The notes below the pieces were generated by a model, which had not been told where the DNA came from, did not search any database, and saw only the letters and a list, made by a program, of their open reading frames with translations. Of a DNA stretch of 64,000 nucleotides, positions 10,501 to 19,633 are shown in pieces. Every line of letters begins with the position of its first letter. The stretch's first letter is position 1. The position numbers were made by a program, and so were the translations under genes. Source of the stretch: an uncultured Lachnospiraceae bacterium (lineage in GTDB: Bacteria; Bacillota; Clostridia; Oscillospirales; CAG-272); assembly GCA_964403505.1 (NCBI GenBank), contig CAYOFP010000008.1:1750-65749 (forward strand), written 5' to 3'.

Positions 10501-11153
10501 ACGCAGATGGATATGTGAGCACCGGACAGGGCATATCCGGCTTTAATATGTTTGCATATTGTGGGAATAATCCTGTCAATCGGGTTGATTCCACGGGTAT
10601 GGGTTGGAAAGATGTTGGGAAGTTCTTTTCAAATGCTTGGAATGGTATTAAAAATACAGCAAAAAAAATTTTTGGTATAGAGAGTTCCACGGAAGTAACT
10701 ATAACTGATGATGAGATATCAATAGTTTCAGAACCGGCGCCTATTACAATAAAAACAGGAACTACAATTACTCAAACAGTATCGAAATATGGTGATTCTT
10801 CTAAGCCTATCTCACTTTATGTTAATAAAGATGCAGAGCACCCTATAAAATCATCATCTGCCGGTATTGATATTAACATATATGATAGCACTTTGAATTT
10901 GTGTTTAGGACTTGATAATATTGGCATATCCGGCTCGTTGACAAACGAAAATGTGACAAATAGCTTTGGGGTAAAATTGAATTTATCAGAATTACAAATT
11001 GGATTTGAAAATTCTACATCAGTTCAGTTGGATAATAAAACTCAAACCACTTATACAAATTATAGTCTTAACGGATGGTCGTTTTTGATTTTGGGTGTTT
11101 TTATAGTAACAGGGGAGCAAATGCCATCTCCGTCATATGCATATTCGCACTAA
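4512..11153 (+). CDS. secreted WapA-like Rhs/YD-repeat polymorphic toxin (2213 aa)
   Basis: Sec signal peptide (..PVGVFA), acidic linker, CBM-like repeats (NKLRNGDGE, NLIENGNFD) and many YD repeats. Rhs core PIRYRGYVYDNETGFYYLNTRYYDP and NPVNRVDSTG cleavage motif, then an AT-rich variable CT. Confidence 0.93.
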   Translation: MKNTYRLKVLSVIMTLVMLIMAIPVGVFALDEGESVLETLPEEEVSIQNTYDEFEDMSEPAEESEAYVLGEMEELRESDSKQFRMSDGSYTTVSYTSDVHYEADGAWKEIDNTLLPKEEGIVNTASDIQYTFTADTDSLPGVTAVSGDYQVSFSGVPEEERATVSDDLQPAAEEAVVIADTTADTETEDEPNDIAQDIAPAENATESAEADVEPTLPEFELEILNPQTEIAADLQETEDKYPTLGEAAAVDTVASAVKYNEVTGGDSYVYELQGRDLKESVIINTPREDYTYHFELNLAGLTAVLTESGDISLCDGENEIFVMPAPYMLDADGAYSDAAAYTLSELPEGGYALTLTADAAWINAAERAFPVIIDPSIYVTNPSSSGTKITAECIYVGSDGVSHDFNDTYFKVGREGNTKYYSYLKVNSLPIIPYNARFCKAWIGLQGISYYAASSTNFSAFDFYAQEALGNWKSQFTGTKNSNQLVDYITMKKSALYSPVEFEVTRQAEKWYSDASTNNGIVLFAKQTDGNELDENCQVWMHIPRYQSDNGKVAMPYFAVNYQNIQGLESYYSYQNFSAGRAGAAYVSAYTGALTLVHTDVSDAYTLSHVYNSNYAGCIFSLSETDSGNNPIFHTVNYDSMVIGKGWKLSAQESVVTQAFTNYDGTQGEYAIYTDGDGTEHYFHSAAANQFKDEDGLGLTLSRSGNNFTMTDDKGNIKFFVYGYLTYIKDSNGNITAFVYNNKTFQEGSTAWYPSASGNKLTKIVQKNDGKDAYTVATLGYSGNRLISITDRYGKVTNCGSSTTSYQLNEVTEPDGTTLYYYYGGGDLKMSGAYDGESKAGLLFTYLSGKAYVNKVTVYAKNSASENVTNRIYYFNLGTKGYTKVRDCGRDNSTSTPDDVIGHYVLDNYGRTVSYAVTNQYGNTLSAFGGTYQPHETGKETSKKNNRLLSEGSSGAVAQNKLRNGDGESLVEWGMPYTVSGYYSTGRNSKAKKSGKYSISVNLEKPLQSASASQTVNILTEGYYNVTAYVKSSYLNTTDTKMSGAYLDVKGSNYDIVRQDILKETTDTAVNDGWRMLTTIVHIKQKGDYTCHLKLDQCRGTVYFDEIRLTDGRDGSAFNLIENGNFDYGLDGASSTVGASIINVKNRNGAWSDALNMTGDPQTQSLYSKRVDITLPAAEAQNTTFLLSGWAYARSLPITQDDRTFQLSAQIHYADGDYQYVSARFNADVASEWQYVCTPVVPNKNKAITGITVHCSFKKNSGFAYFDDLALTMEPCATYRYNDDGKLTAVNSTNHDEMQYQYSGADLLSSSGGAGGDYSYTYDSAHNITKAANEGLSQTMTYDAAGLMTSTTLKGDGAAPYLKTSATYTADGSKLLSVTDALGNTSSYQYSSGGKLTSVTSPESSTIDPLGETGTVTTNTMVDDAGRPWRTYINGVASVGYTYSGGNLSSVSRGGYISGVTDKQTQKYSFTYDLFGNCLDTKVGDRTLITNTYDDKYTTLTRSTYGNNYIIDYEYDELERLTSKDELYWKEEYAYDKNGKISWMKASSNVYNDVVRTTTYEYDTLGRLIYSLEVDESGKTLRYVKNKYNNKNQLTECTFYDGKQIQTQSYTYKADGSIDTFNVTNGDKITNTYDSLKRISQKTIDHDSNASYKCTVKTEYVNRGSENQTTGLVESVRYGYKNNDNSFTSGSRVRDYKYMYEYDNIGNITRAYYRTAGSDGHYTDHEVGRYFYDEQNQLVMEKVYDGDYTLLYEYDTYGNIREVRKYDSTDFDYPGEAFSYGTPVSTETYGYNDDTWKDLLTSYNGYLFKYDKIGNPTKYQNSEKYYDMSWNGRILRGAWMGADYCIFDYDSSGQRVSKTTKDGEYTYLYYGTKLMQYGKEGEYDLYFFYDDNDQPLGFYYTDVFTSDTGDKYYFVLNAQGDVVQIRDKTNDVVANYHYDAWGKLLSITDADGDAITNKLSIALKNPIRYRGYVYDNETGFYYLNTRYYDPSLRRFINADGYVSTGQGISGFNMFAYCGNNPVNRVDSTGMGWKDVGKFFSNAWNGIKNTAKKIFGIESSTEVTITDDEISIVSEPAPITIKTGTTITQTVSKYGDSSKPISLYVNKDAEHPIKSSSAGIDINIYDSTLNLCLGLDNIGISGSLTNENVTNSFGVKLNLSELQIGFENSTSVQLDNKTQTTYTNYSLNGWSFLILGVFIVTGEQMPSPSYAYSH

Positions 11154-11169
11154 TAGAAGGTAGGGTATA

Positions 11170-11784
11170 ATGTATAACATTATTAGATTAATTATTGGTT
11201 GTGTTTTCCTTGGATGTTCAATTATGGTGATTAAAAAATCCAAAGTAATTCGCAAGCGTATACTGTATGTTGTTTTTACATGTATTTCAATAGCGTTGAT
11301 TACTGTATTGGCATTTTTACCGTTTGAGAATCTTTTTATGACTTTTGATTCCCCTAAAACTGCCTATGAGTATTTTAGTTTTGGTAAATCTAATATCGAA
11401 CTTGTAATAGAAGGAAATAATTGTGATTTTATTATTGATCGTAAAAATGATTCCGATGCATATTTGATTATACCGAAAACTATCAATGGTTGGAAAGTTG
11501 GAATCGGCTCAAATACTAGAAGAATAATTCAAAAGTATTTCAGTGGAATTACTGTGTGTGTTTATCAATACAAAAACACAAATGATTATTTTATAACTAT
11601 TTTTGATTCCAATGGCGGAGAGTCAGAAATATCAGATGATTATAATACGAAATTCTATTCTTTAGAAAAAAACAATAATTATCTTCAAAAAGTATTTGTT
11701 ACTTACTATGCACATATTTCTGATTTTGATTCACAGTATAGTATCGTAATAAATGGCAACAGATATAGCGTTGAGGGTATCTAA
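11170..11784 (+). CDS. putative immunity protein for the main Rhs CT (2 N-terminal TM helices)
   Basis: Directly downstream of the toxin, AT-rich, hydrophobic N-terminus. Confidence 0.7.
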   Translation: MYNIIRLIIGCVFLGCSIMVIKKSKVIRKRILYVVFTCISIALITVLAFLPFENLFMTFDSPKTAYEYFSFGKSNIELVIEGNNCDFIIDRKNDSDAYLIIPKTINGWKVGIGSNTRRIIQKYFSGITVCVYQYKNTNDYFITIFDSNGGESEISDDYNTKFYSLEKNNNYLQKVFVTYYAHISDFDSQYSIVINGNRYSVEGI

Positions 11785-12790
11785 AGAACAACGACTATGA
11801 GCTGAATTTCTTCTACGACGACAATGATCAGCCGCTTATATTCTATATCAGGATGGAGACACCAGCTCTGCAAACAACGGTTTAGGTGCGAAGTACTACT
11901 ATGTGCGCAACGCACAGGGCGATGTGGTACAGATTCGCAATTCTCAAAACGAAGCTGTCGCAAACTACTGCTACGACGCATGGGGAAAGTTGCTTTCGAT
12001 CACCGATGCAAACGGAAACAAACAGAGTCTTACAAATGACACATTTTCCTTCGACAACACCTCGATAGCATACATAAACCCCATCCGCTACCGTGGATAC
12101 GTTTATGACAACGAGACGGGATTCTACTATCTCAACACAAGATACTACGACCCAAGCCTGAGACGGTTTATTAGTGCGGATGATACGGATAATCTTGGGG
12201 CAGACGGCTCGATATTAAGCCATAACCTGTTTGCCTATTGTCTCAACAATCCGGTTATGAATTATGATCCATACGGACTATGGACGATAGGTTTCTCTTT
12301 AGGTATTAATGTTACAATTTTTGCCGGTGTATCAATTAATATTGGGTTTGTTATTGATGATAATTGGAACTTCGATTGGCAGTGGAGCTATGCTCTACCT
12401 GGAGTAGATAATACAAATGCATTTGGAGTAATCAGTGCAGGTGTAGGTGCAGCAGTACAAATAACTAACCGTGACACTGTGTATGATCTATATGGTCCGG
12501 CAACATATGTTGGTGCAAGCGTTGGCGACGGTTTGTACGTAGGTGGCGATGTGATTTCATTTTCAGATGCCAGCGATCCAAATAGTACAATTGACGGTAT
12601 TCAGTTGACTGGAGGCGTTGGAATAGGACTGGATACTCATATTATTGAATCTAACACTAAACCAGTGGGGAAACAAAATGAGAAATTGAATAATGCTTCA
12701 ACGGATCAAAACAAAGATAGAAGATCCGCTTCAAGGAGAAGAAGTCCAAGAAAAAGAAGTCCAAGGAGAAGAGGAAGACGTGGGCGTTAA
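11783..12790 (+). CDS. orphan Rhs-core/CT cassette 1 (beta-rich, Gly-patterned CT with Arg-rich tail); 5' end frameshifted
   Basis: RNAQGDVVQIR..PIRYRGY..NPVMNYDPYG followed by a unique CT. No signal peptide or RBS. ORF track 11903-12790. Confidence 0.85.
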
Positions 12791-12797
12791 TTTGAAA

Positions 12798-13277
12798 ATG
12801 TATCGATTTTTAGAATGTGAATACACATTAGAAGAGGCAATGTTTCGTATATACAAAGCGGTTGTAAATAATGAGATGTGTCGTGCTGATAAGGTGCGTG
12901 TGTGTCAAGATAATATGGTGTTCCAAGTAAAACATAATAATATTTTGTATAGAAATTCATTTCTGCCAATTGTGAGTATAGATTTTAGTAGCAAAGAGAT
13001 GATGACTGGAGTAAATATTTATTTTGAAATTAAGAATACAACAAAGGCATTTATAAAGATATATCTTATTTTATTGATGCTGTATGAGACTGTTTTGGTT
13101 GAGTTTGCTTTTACGGGAAAACTTGATACATTTGCGCTGTTGATGATACCTCCTAGCATGGCATTGTTTTCTGTTTTACTTTGTTATTTTAGCTTTAAAT
13201 TTTCATGCAAAGAAGTATTATGTATAATTTCCGATGCAATAGAGTCCGAAAAAATAAGGAATTGTTCTTTGAATTAA
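12798..13277 (+). CDS. putative membrane immunity protein for cassette 1
   Basis: ATG 7 nt after the CT stop; two C-terminal hydrophobic segments. Confidence 0.65.
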   Translation: MYRFLECEYTLEEAMFRIYKAVVNNEMCRADKVRVCQDNMVFQVKHNNILYRNSFLPIVSIDFSSKEMMTGVNIYFEIKNTTKAFIKIYLILLMLYETVLVEFAFTGKLDTFALLMIPPSMALFSVLLCYFSFKFSCKEVLCIISDAIESEKIRNCSLN

Positions 13278-13641
13278 TTATCAAAATCAAGTAGATATTT
13301 ATGGATACAATCTCGCTGATACTTGAAATACTATTAGCACAGCAGGCGGCGTATACCATTGGCATTGTTAACTATCGCATTTTGGCATCATGTTGTGTAT
13401 TAGGAATAAGCTAGAAACCTTTATGGCTTTATGTCCATCTCAATGTACTGCCTTTTGTACTCTAAAGGCGATGATTGCTTATTGGTATATAGTAGTTTTT
13501 TCATTAAGTCACATACTGGAAAAATACAGTCTCGGAGGGGGAATACCCCTCCGGGCAACTTATTCGAGAATATTATAAGAATTGACATTTCTATTAAAAA
13601 CAATTATAATGGCATTGTAACATAAGTAAACCGATCTATAT

Positions 13642-14542
13642 CTATCTGTACTACGGCACAAAGCTGATGCAGTACGGGAAGGAAGGCGAATATGACCTGT
13701 ACTTCTTCTACGATGATAACGATCAGCCACTCGGATTCTATTACACTGATGTATTTACGAGCGATACCGGAGACAAATATTACTTTGTGTTAAACGCACA
13801 GGGTGATGTCGTACAGATACGTGATAAAACGAATGATGTGGTCGCAAACTACCACTATGACGCATGGGGCAAGCTACTGTCGATTACCGATGCCGACGGA
13901 GATGCAATTACAAATAAACTCAGCATTGCATTAAAAAACCCCATCCGCTACCGTGGATATGTTTATGACAACGAGACAGGATTCTACTATCTCAACACAA
14001 GATACTACGACCCGAGCCTGAGACGGTTTATTAATGCTGATACAACAGATATCCTGAATGAATCGAAAGACGCTTTAACCGACAAAAATCTATACGCATA
14101 CTGTGATAACAATCCGGTTATGCGTTCAGATGATGGTGGCGAGTTTTGGTTAGAATTGGCGCTTGGTGCGATTGCTGTCACAGCTGTAGCGACTGTTGTT
14201 ATTATGAGTGCGCCTGCTCTAGCAGTAGCAGGTGTTGGTGCAACTGTAATTGCCGGAACAACAAGCGTAGCGACTTCGGTTGGAATCGTTAGTACTGGTG
14301 TTGCAATTGGTGCATGGGTAATTGGTATAAGTGAAGAAATTGAGAACGATTATGTTACATCGAGAAACAAAAACAAAAAAAGTGGGTATGATCCTGATCC
14401 GTATAAAAGACCGGGGCAGAAAAAGCAACAAAGAGAAAGAAAGGAAAAAAAGAAAAAAAACGGATGGGAGCCCAACCCTAATAAACGACAAATGCCACCA
14501 AAAAAACATACGCCTGGTAGAGATCACAGAAAGTATTGGTGA
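13642..14542 (+). CDS. orphan Rhs-core/CT cassette 2 (hydrophobic segment plus short basic domain ending KKHTPGRDHRKYW)
   Basis: 13642-14034 reads identical to 10109-10501 of the main gene; NPVMRSDDGG/EFW motif. ORF track 13667-14542. Confidence 0.85.
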
Positions 14543-14573
14543 ATTTATAGAAAGCGCTAGAAAGGAAAATACA

Positions 14574-15053
14574 ATGGATTTATGGCAATCCCAAGCATGG
14601 AAAAAGGTTTATGCTGAAGCGAATGTCCGACACGGTCTTCGTGTTCGCTATGCGGCTGATCTGAATCCAGAGGTTAAACAGTCAATATGCAGATTTATTT
14701 CTTGGGTTCGGGAGGAATATGACTTTCCTATGCGAGTCGTAGTATATGTAAAAGCTGACAAATCGATTATTGCACGAGATAAAACGCTTGTAAACGGTAC
14801 TTTTACGAGTTCGAATGATCCGTATACGGAACCGTATATTAGAGTCGCTACGGGAGATTATTTGAAAAATAAGCAAAAATGGGGACGGGATGATGCGTTG
14901 GCAACGATACTTCATACCATTGCGCACGAATTAACCCATTACTATCAGTGGCTTAATAAGCTAAACCAAACCGAACGAGGGGAAGAGTGCCAGGCAACAA
15001 GGTATTCTCATAAAATTATTCGTCAGTATGCGTGTGTGGTCGATCATCCTTGA
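14574..15053 (+). CDS. HEXXH zinc-metallopeptidase-like protein in the immunity position of cassette 2
   Basis: TIAHELTHYYQW motif with downstream EECQA; AAAGGA RBS before ATG 14574. Confidence 0.7.
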   Translation: MDLWQSQAWKKVYAEANVRHGLRVRYAADLNPEVKQSICRFISWVREEYDFPMRVVVYVKADKSIIARDKTLVNGTFTSSNDPYTEPYIRVATGDYLKNKQKWGRDDALATILHTIAHELTHYYQWLNKLNQTERGEECQATRYSHKIIRQYACVVDHP

Positions 15054-15254
15054 ATTAAGTCAAGATAGAAGAATTTTATCGTTAGTTGTGGGCTCTGAGC
15101 GTTGTTATTACTGTCTATCATCTTTAACAGCTGTTCTTATCCAGAATATTATAAATGTATTATTTGTGTAAATTAAACTTAGTAGTTTTCATCGAAAGAT
15201 GATGCCTGTCATCGACGATGAAACTCGCTACCTTGATTGTAATATAATAACAAT

Positions 15255-16363
15255 AATACACCTATCTGTACTGTGGCACAAAGCTGATGGAGTATAAGAA
15301 GAATAACGACTATGCGTTGAGTTTCTTCTACGATGATGACGATCAACCGCTCGGATTCTATTTTCGGAGTTCTCAAACGGGTGATCAGAATTCGGGGCGT
15401 GGAGCGAAGTACTACTATGTGCGCAACGCACAGGGTGATGTGGTACAGATTCGCAATTCTCAAAACGAAGCTGTCGCAAATTACTGCTACGATGCATGGG
15501 GAAAGTTGCTTTCGATCACCGATGCAAACGGAAACAAACAGAGTCTTACAAATGACACATTTTCCTTCGACAACACCTCGATAGCATACATAAACCCCAT
15601 CCGCTACCGTGGATACGTTTATGACAACGAAACAGGATTCTACTATCTCAACACAAGATACTACGACCCGAGCCTGAGACGGTTTATTAATGCTGATACA
15701 ACAGATATCCTGAATGAATCGAAAGACGCTTTAACCGACAAAAATCTATACGCATACTGTGATAACAATCCGGTTATGCGTTCAGATGATGGTGGCGAGT
15801 TTTGGCATTTAGTGGCTGGAGCTGTTGCGGGTGCTATAATAAATGTGGTAACAACCGTAGCATGTAATGTTATAGAAGGAGATAGCATTACTGACGGATT
15901 GGGACAAGCGGCAGTGACTGGTGCACTAAATGGAGCTTTAACGGCTTCGGGTGTTGGTATTGTTGGCTCTATCGTAGGTGGGGCGGCAATAGCAACTGTA
16001 GACAATGTGATTAGTCAAATGAGATCTGAAGATGATTTTAGTGTTGAAAGCATGCTGATTGACGGTGCTGTTGGAGGAATTTGTGGTGCAATTTCAGGGC
16101 CGGGAGCTTCGAGTTTACAATCAGGGGCCGGAGGTGCGAAACAGATGTTGAATCTTGGAGTAAACAGTGTGAAAAAGACTGCAAACACCTGGATGCATCA
16201 AGGTACAAAAGCAGCAGCTAAACAATTTTGTCGTTCTATGAGGTATTACGGAAAGAGTACAATTAAAGTTACAAAAAACTTATTGAGTAAGAATGTTAGA
16301 CGTTCCATTAAAACGGGTATAACATATTCTCTATCAAAATCTTATGCCGGAAGAAGGCGGTGA
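15255..16363 (+). CDS. orphan Rhs-core/CT cassette 3 (Gly/Ala-rich hydrophobic CT with basic tail)
   Basis: Rhs core plus DDGG/EFW, then GxxxG-rich helices. ORF track 15287-16363. Confidence 0.85.
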
Positions 16364-16369
16364 TACAAT

Positions 16370-16816
16370 ATGAGCTATTTATTGGATCACGCAATAAGTA
16401 TTGTAAACGAATTATGGATAGGAGATATGCTTATTTCTTTTCTTCTTCAGTGCGATTTTCGAGTCGGTGTTCGGGATGCTTTTCAATATAAAAAGAGCAA
16501 AACTCGTATTAGAAAAGATAATCAACAATTATCTATCTGGCGTAAAATATTACTGGTATACCCGAGTAGTATTCAATGCTTTGCACCATATCATATGAAA
16601 ATGTTTCAATTATTGCGTGTTTGTCATATCGCATTTTGCGTTTCTATGGGAGTAATATTGTTCTTTTCTCAACATATTATTTTACTCAAACAAATCGTTT
16701 TGGCTATGATGATAATCAAAGATCTTGTTTTTGACTCAGCATATATATGTTATGGTTTATATATGTCAAAACCACACTCTAAGGCATGGGATTTTAGTCG
16801 ATCGAAGCGCCCTTAA
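16370..16816 (+). CDS. putative membrane immunity protein for cassette 3
   Basis: Starts 6 nt after the CT stop; hydrophobic segments. Confidence 0.6.
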   Translation: MSYLLDHAISIVNELWIGDMLISFLLQCDFRVGVRDAFQYKKSKTRIRKDNQQLSIWRKILLVYPSSIQCFAPYHMKMFQLLRVCHIAFCVSMGVILFFSQHIILLKQIVLAMMIIKDLVFDSAYICYGLYMSKPHSKAWDFSRSKRP

Positions 16817-16925
16817 AAGATATATTAATAATTAAAGTTTTATATCAAAGCAATATCAACCTCGGCAATATTTTGGATTTCTAATAGGATTCTAAGTCGT
16901 ACGAGACGAGGAAGGTGATGAAAAC

Positions 16926-17663
16926 TTGTCAGCATATTACAAACAGACATCTTATCAAAAGATATGGTATTCAACAGCGTACATGCTAATTGCAGTGCTT
17001 AGTATAAGCTTTGTTTTCTTGTGGATGTATATCAAGCGTGCATTTGTTTTTCGTCAAGATAATGTGATAGCATATCGTGTAAGCGGACTGGATTTTTTAA
17101 TATTGATTCCGTTAATTTTGGATGTTGTAGTATTAATCGGATTATTAGAGAATAGGCATTATTCGCATGATAGTATGCTTTCAAAACGACGGTTGAAAAA
17201 AAGAACATCTAAAGAAATTCGAAATAGAAAGCAATATACATTTACTATAGTTGCGATAATTATCGGCGTTTTAATAAATCTGATGTTTTGTGCATTTCCG
17301 ATTTACTCAAGAACTGTGCTTACTCAAAACGGCGATATAATAAAATACACCATTTTTAATGCTGAGAAAGAACACGTTATTGACTCACAGTATAATTCTG
17401 TTGATTTAGAAATATCGTATATTCATGCAGGTGTGAGAACGTCCGATAAATATGTATTAACTATTATTGTGCACGCAGGTAAGGACGACTATTGTTTTAA
17501 TTCAGGTGATTTTTGTAATATAGATATAATGTTGGATTATTTGAATGCATTAGATAAAGATATAATATCATTTATCGGAGCAGAATATTTTGATGTATAT
17601 ATCCAAAGTCATAATTTCTCATTGGTTCAGACAACAAAATTAAAAGCTTTGCTTAACAAATAA
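16926..17663 (+). CDS. membrane protein, possible orphan immunity gene
   Basis: Three TM-like segments; AT-rich; AAGGTG RBS before a TTG start; no adjacent CT of its own. Confidence 0.55.
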   Translation: MSAYYKQTSYQKIWYSTAYMLIAVLSISFVFLWMYIKRAFVFRQDNVIAYRVSGLDFLILIPLILDVVVLIGLLENRHYSHDSMLSKRRLKKRTSKEIRNRKQYTFTIVAIIIGVLINLMFCAFPIYSRTVLTQNGDIIKYTIFNAEKEHVIDSQYNSVDLEISYIHAGVRTSDKYVLTIIVHAGKDDYCFNSGDFCNIDIMLDYLNALDKDIISFIGAEYFDVYIQSHNFSLVQTTKLKALLNK

Positions 17664-17725
17664 TCCATCATTTTACATATAATAATTAATGATGGCAACG
17701 GCTATTTGCGTTAAGCAGTTACTAT

Positions 17726-19043
17726 CGGCACGCCCGTAAGTACCGAGACCTACTGCTATACTAACAGCACGTGGAAAGACCTGTTGACCTCATATAACGG
17801 TCATTCGTTTGAATACGATGAGATCGGTAACCCGACGCAGTATTACAACGGTCAAAGCTATTCTATGGGTTGGAATGGCAGAAAACTGACGTCCATCTTT
17901 AAAGACGGAGAGTTATATAACTACGGTTACAATACAGACGGACAGCGGGTAAGTAAGAGTGCCGGTCGTTATGAATACACCTATCTGTACTATGGCACAA
18001 AGCTGATGAGTTGCGAAAGGAAAGATAGATATACTACGGCTGTTGATACTCTTAACTTCTTCTACGATGACAACGATCAGCCGCTTGGATTCTATTTCCT
18101 GAATATAGACACAAGCTTTTCAAATAACGGTTTAGGTGCGAAGTACTACTATGTACGCAACGCACAGGGTGATGTGGTACAAATTCGCAATGCCAAAAAC
18201 GAAGCTATCGCAAACTACCATTACGATGCATGGGGAAAACTGCGCTCGATAACCGATGCAAACGGAAACAAACAGAGCCTTATTAATGAAACTTTCTCTT
18301 ACAGTAACACCTCGATCGCATGTATAAACCCCATCCGCTACCGTGGATACGTCTATGATAACGAGACAGGATTCTACTACCTCAACACTCGCTACTACGA
18401 CCCGAGCCTGAGACGGTTCATTAATGCTGATACAACAGATATTTTAACAGCAACACCGGATGGATTGACCGATAAAAATCTCTATGCATACTGTGATAAC
18501 AATCCGGTCATGCGTTCAGATGACGGCGGAGATTTTTGGCATGTTGTTGCTGGAGCTATTATAGGAGCTGCATCGTCGGCAATTTCAACCGCAATAACAG
18601 GAGGTGACTGGAAAGATGTCTTGATATCAGCCGGATTTGGTGCTGCATCGGGTGCGTTAAGTGCGGCAATACCCGGGGCAAGTGCGGCAATAAGTGCCGG
18701 ATTCAGTGCAGTGGAGAGTGTCGTTCAAGACATACGCCATGGTGAAGATGTTACCACAATTGCAACAAATGCCATAGTTTCTGCTGGATTTAGTGCCGTT
18801 GGAGGGACTTGGGATAACCCATTAACCGATAAATCTACCTATCAAGTATTTAATACTGCAAAAAATTATTCAAAGGTTGCTAAGAAGCAAGCGGTTAAGG
18901 CTACAAAAAAGTTTTTTAGAAAACTGCCCCAAAGAGCATTTTCTGCCATAGGAAGCGATGTATCTTTGACTCTTATGGGAAGTGGTACATCTATAGTATC
19001 TCGACAGTATATTCGAAATTGTAGGAGAGTGAGAGGCCGATAA
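17726..19043 (+). CDS. orphan Rhs-core/CT cassette 4 (Gly/Ala-rich hydrophobic CT with basic tail)
   Basis: Homology to the main gene starts at GTPVSTETY..WKDLLTSYNG; core plus DDGG/DFW. ORF track 17784-19043. Confidence 0.85.
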
Positions 19044-19044
19044 A

Positions 19045-19563
19045 ATGAATTTCAGAAAGCATAGAAAGCGTTTATCCTCAAAAATACTCCGTATATGGAA
19101 AAAAATACTTTTGTATACGTTTCTGATTATCATATGTATTGTTTTATCGGTAACGGTGTTTAAACCACGAACGATAACCGAACTTCAGCCGCAGGAAGTG
19201 TATTTAAAGCAAATATCAGAATATACAGAAACTCGATTTACTGATTATATTTTTCTCAAAACAGATATTGGCGATTATTATTATGCGTGCACGGACAAGG
19301 CAGAGTTTACGCAGGGTTCAAAACGCTTGAGTGATCTCGCTGAAAAAAACGAGCGTTTTCTTGTGTATCCTTATCCGTATCCCAATGTCGCATATGCCTT
19401 GTTGGTAAATGGTTATCAACGTATAGTCGAAATTCATTGCAATGATGAAGTCGTATTTTCGATCGATAACTTTAATGATTTTTTAGCAGGCAGAAGACTT
19501 CTTATGATAATTATTATAATACTGTTGTTTTTCCTTATGATTATAACCATCTGTAGTTATTAG
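19045..19563 (+). CDS. putative membrane immunity protein for cassette 4
   Basis: Starts immediately after the CT stop; N- and C-terminal TM helices. Confidence 0.65.
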   Translation: MNFRKHRKRLSSKILRIWKKILLYTFLIIICIVLSVTVFKPRTITELQPQEVYLKQISEYTETRFTDYIFLKTDIGDYYYACTDKAEFTQGSKRLSDLAEKNERFLVYPYPYPNVAYALLVNGYQRIVEIHCNDEVVFSIDNFNDFLAGRRLLMIIIIILLFFLMIITICSY

Positions 19564-19633
19564 GAAAAAAACGGGGTTAAGTGACAACAAAGCAGCGCTA
19601 AGGCGAATACTTTATATATATCCGTGCTACTTA

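Noticed and set aside
12693-14573. ORF-track N-terminal extensions (starts at 12693 and 14331; also 21852 and 27901)
   Set aside because: They overlap upstream CTs or promoter DNA; downstream ATGs fit the RBS or promoter positions better.
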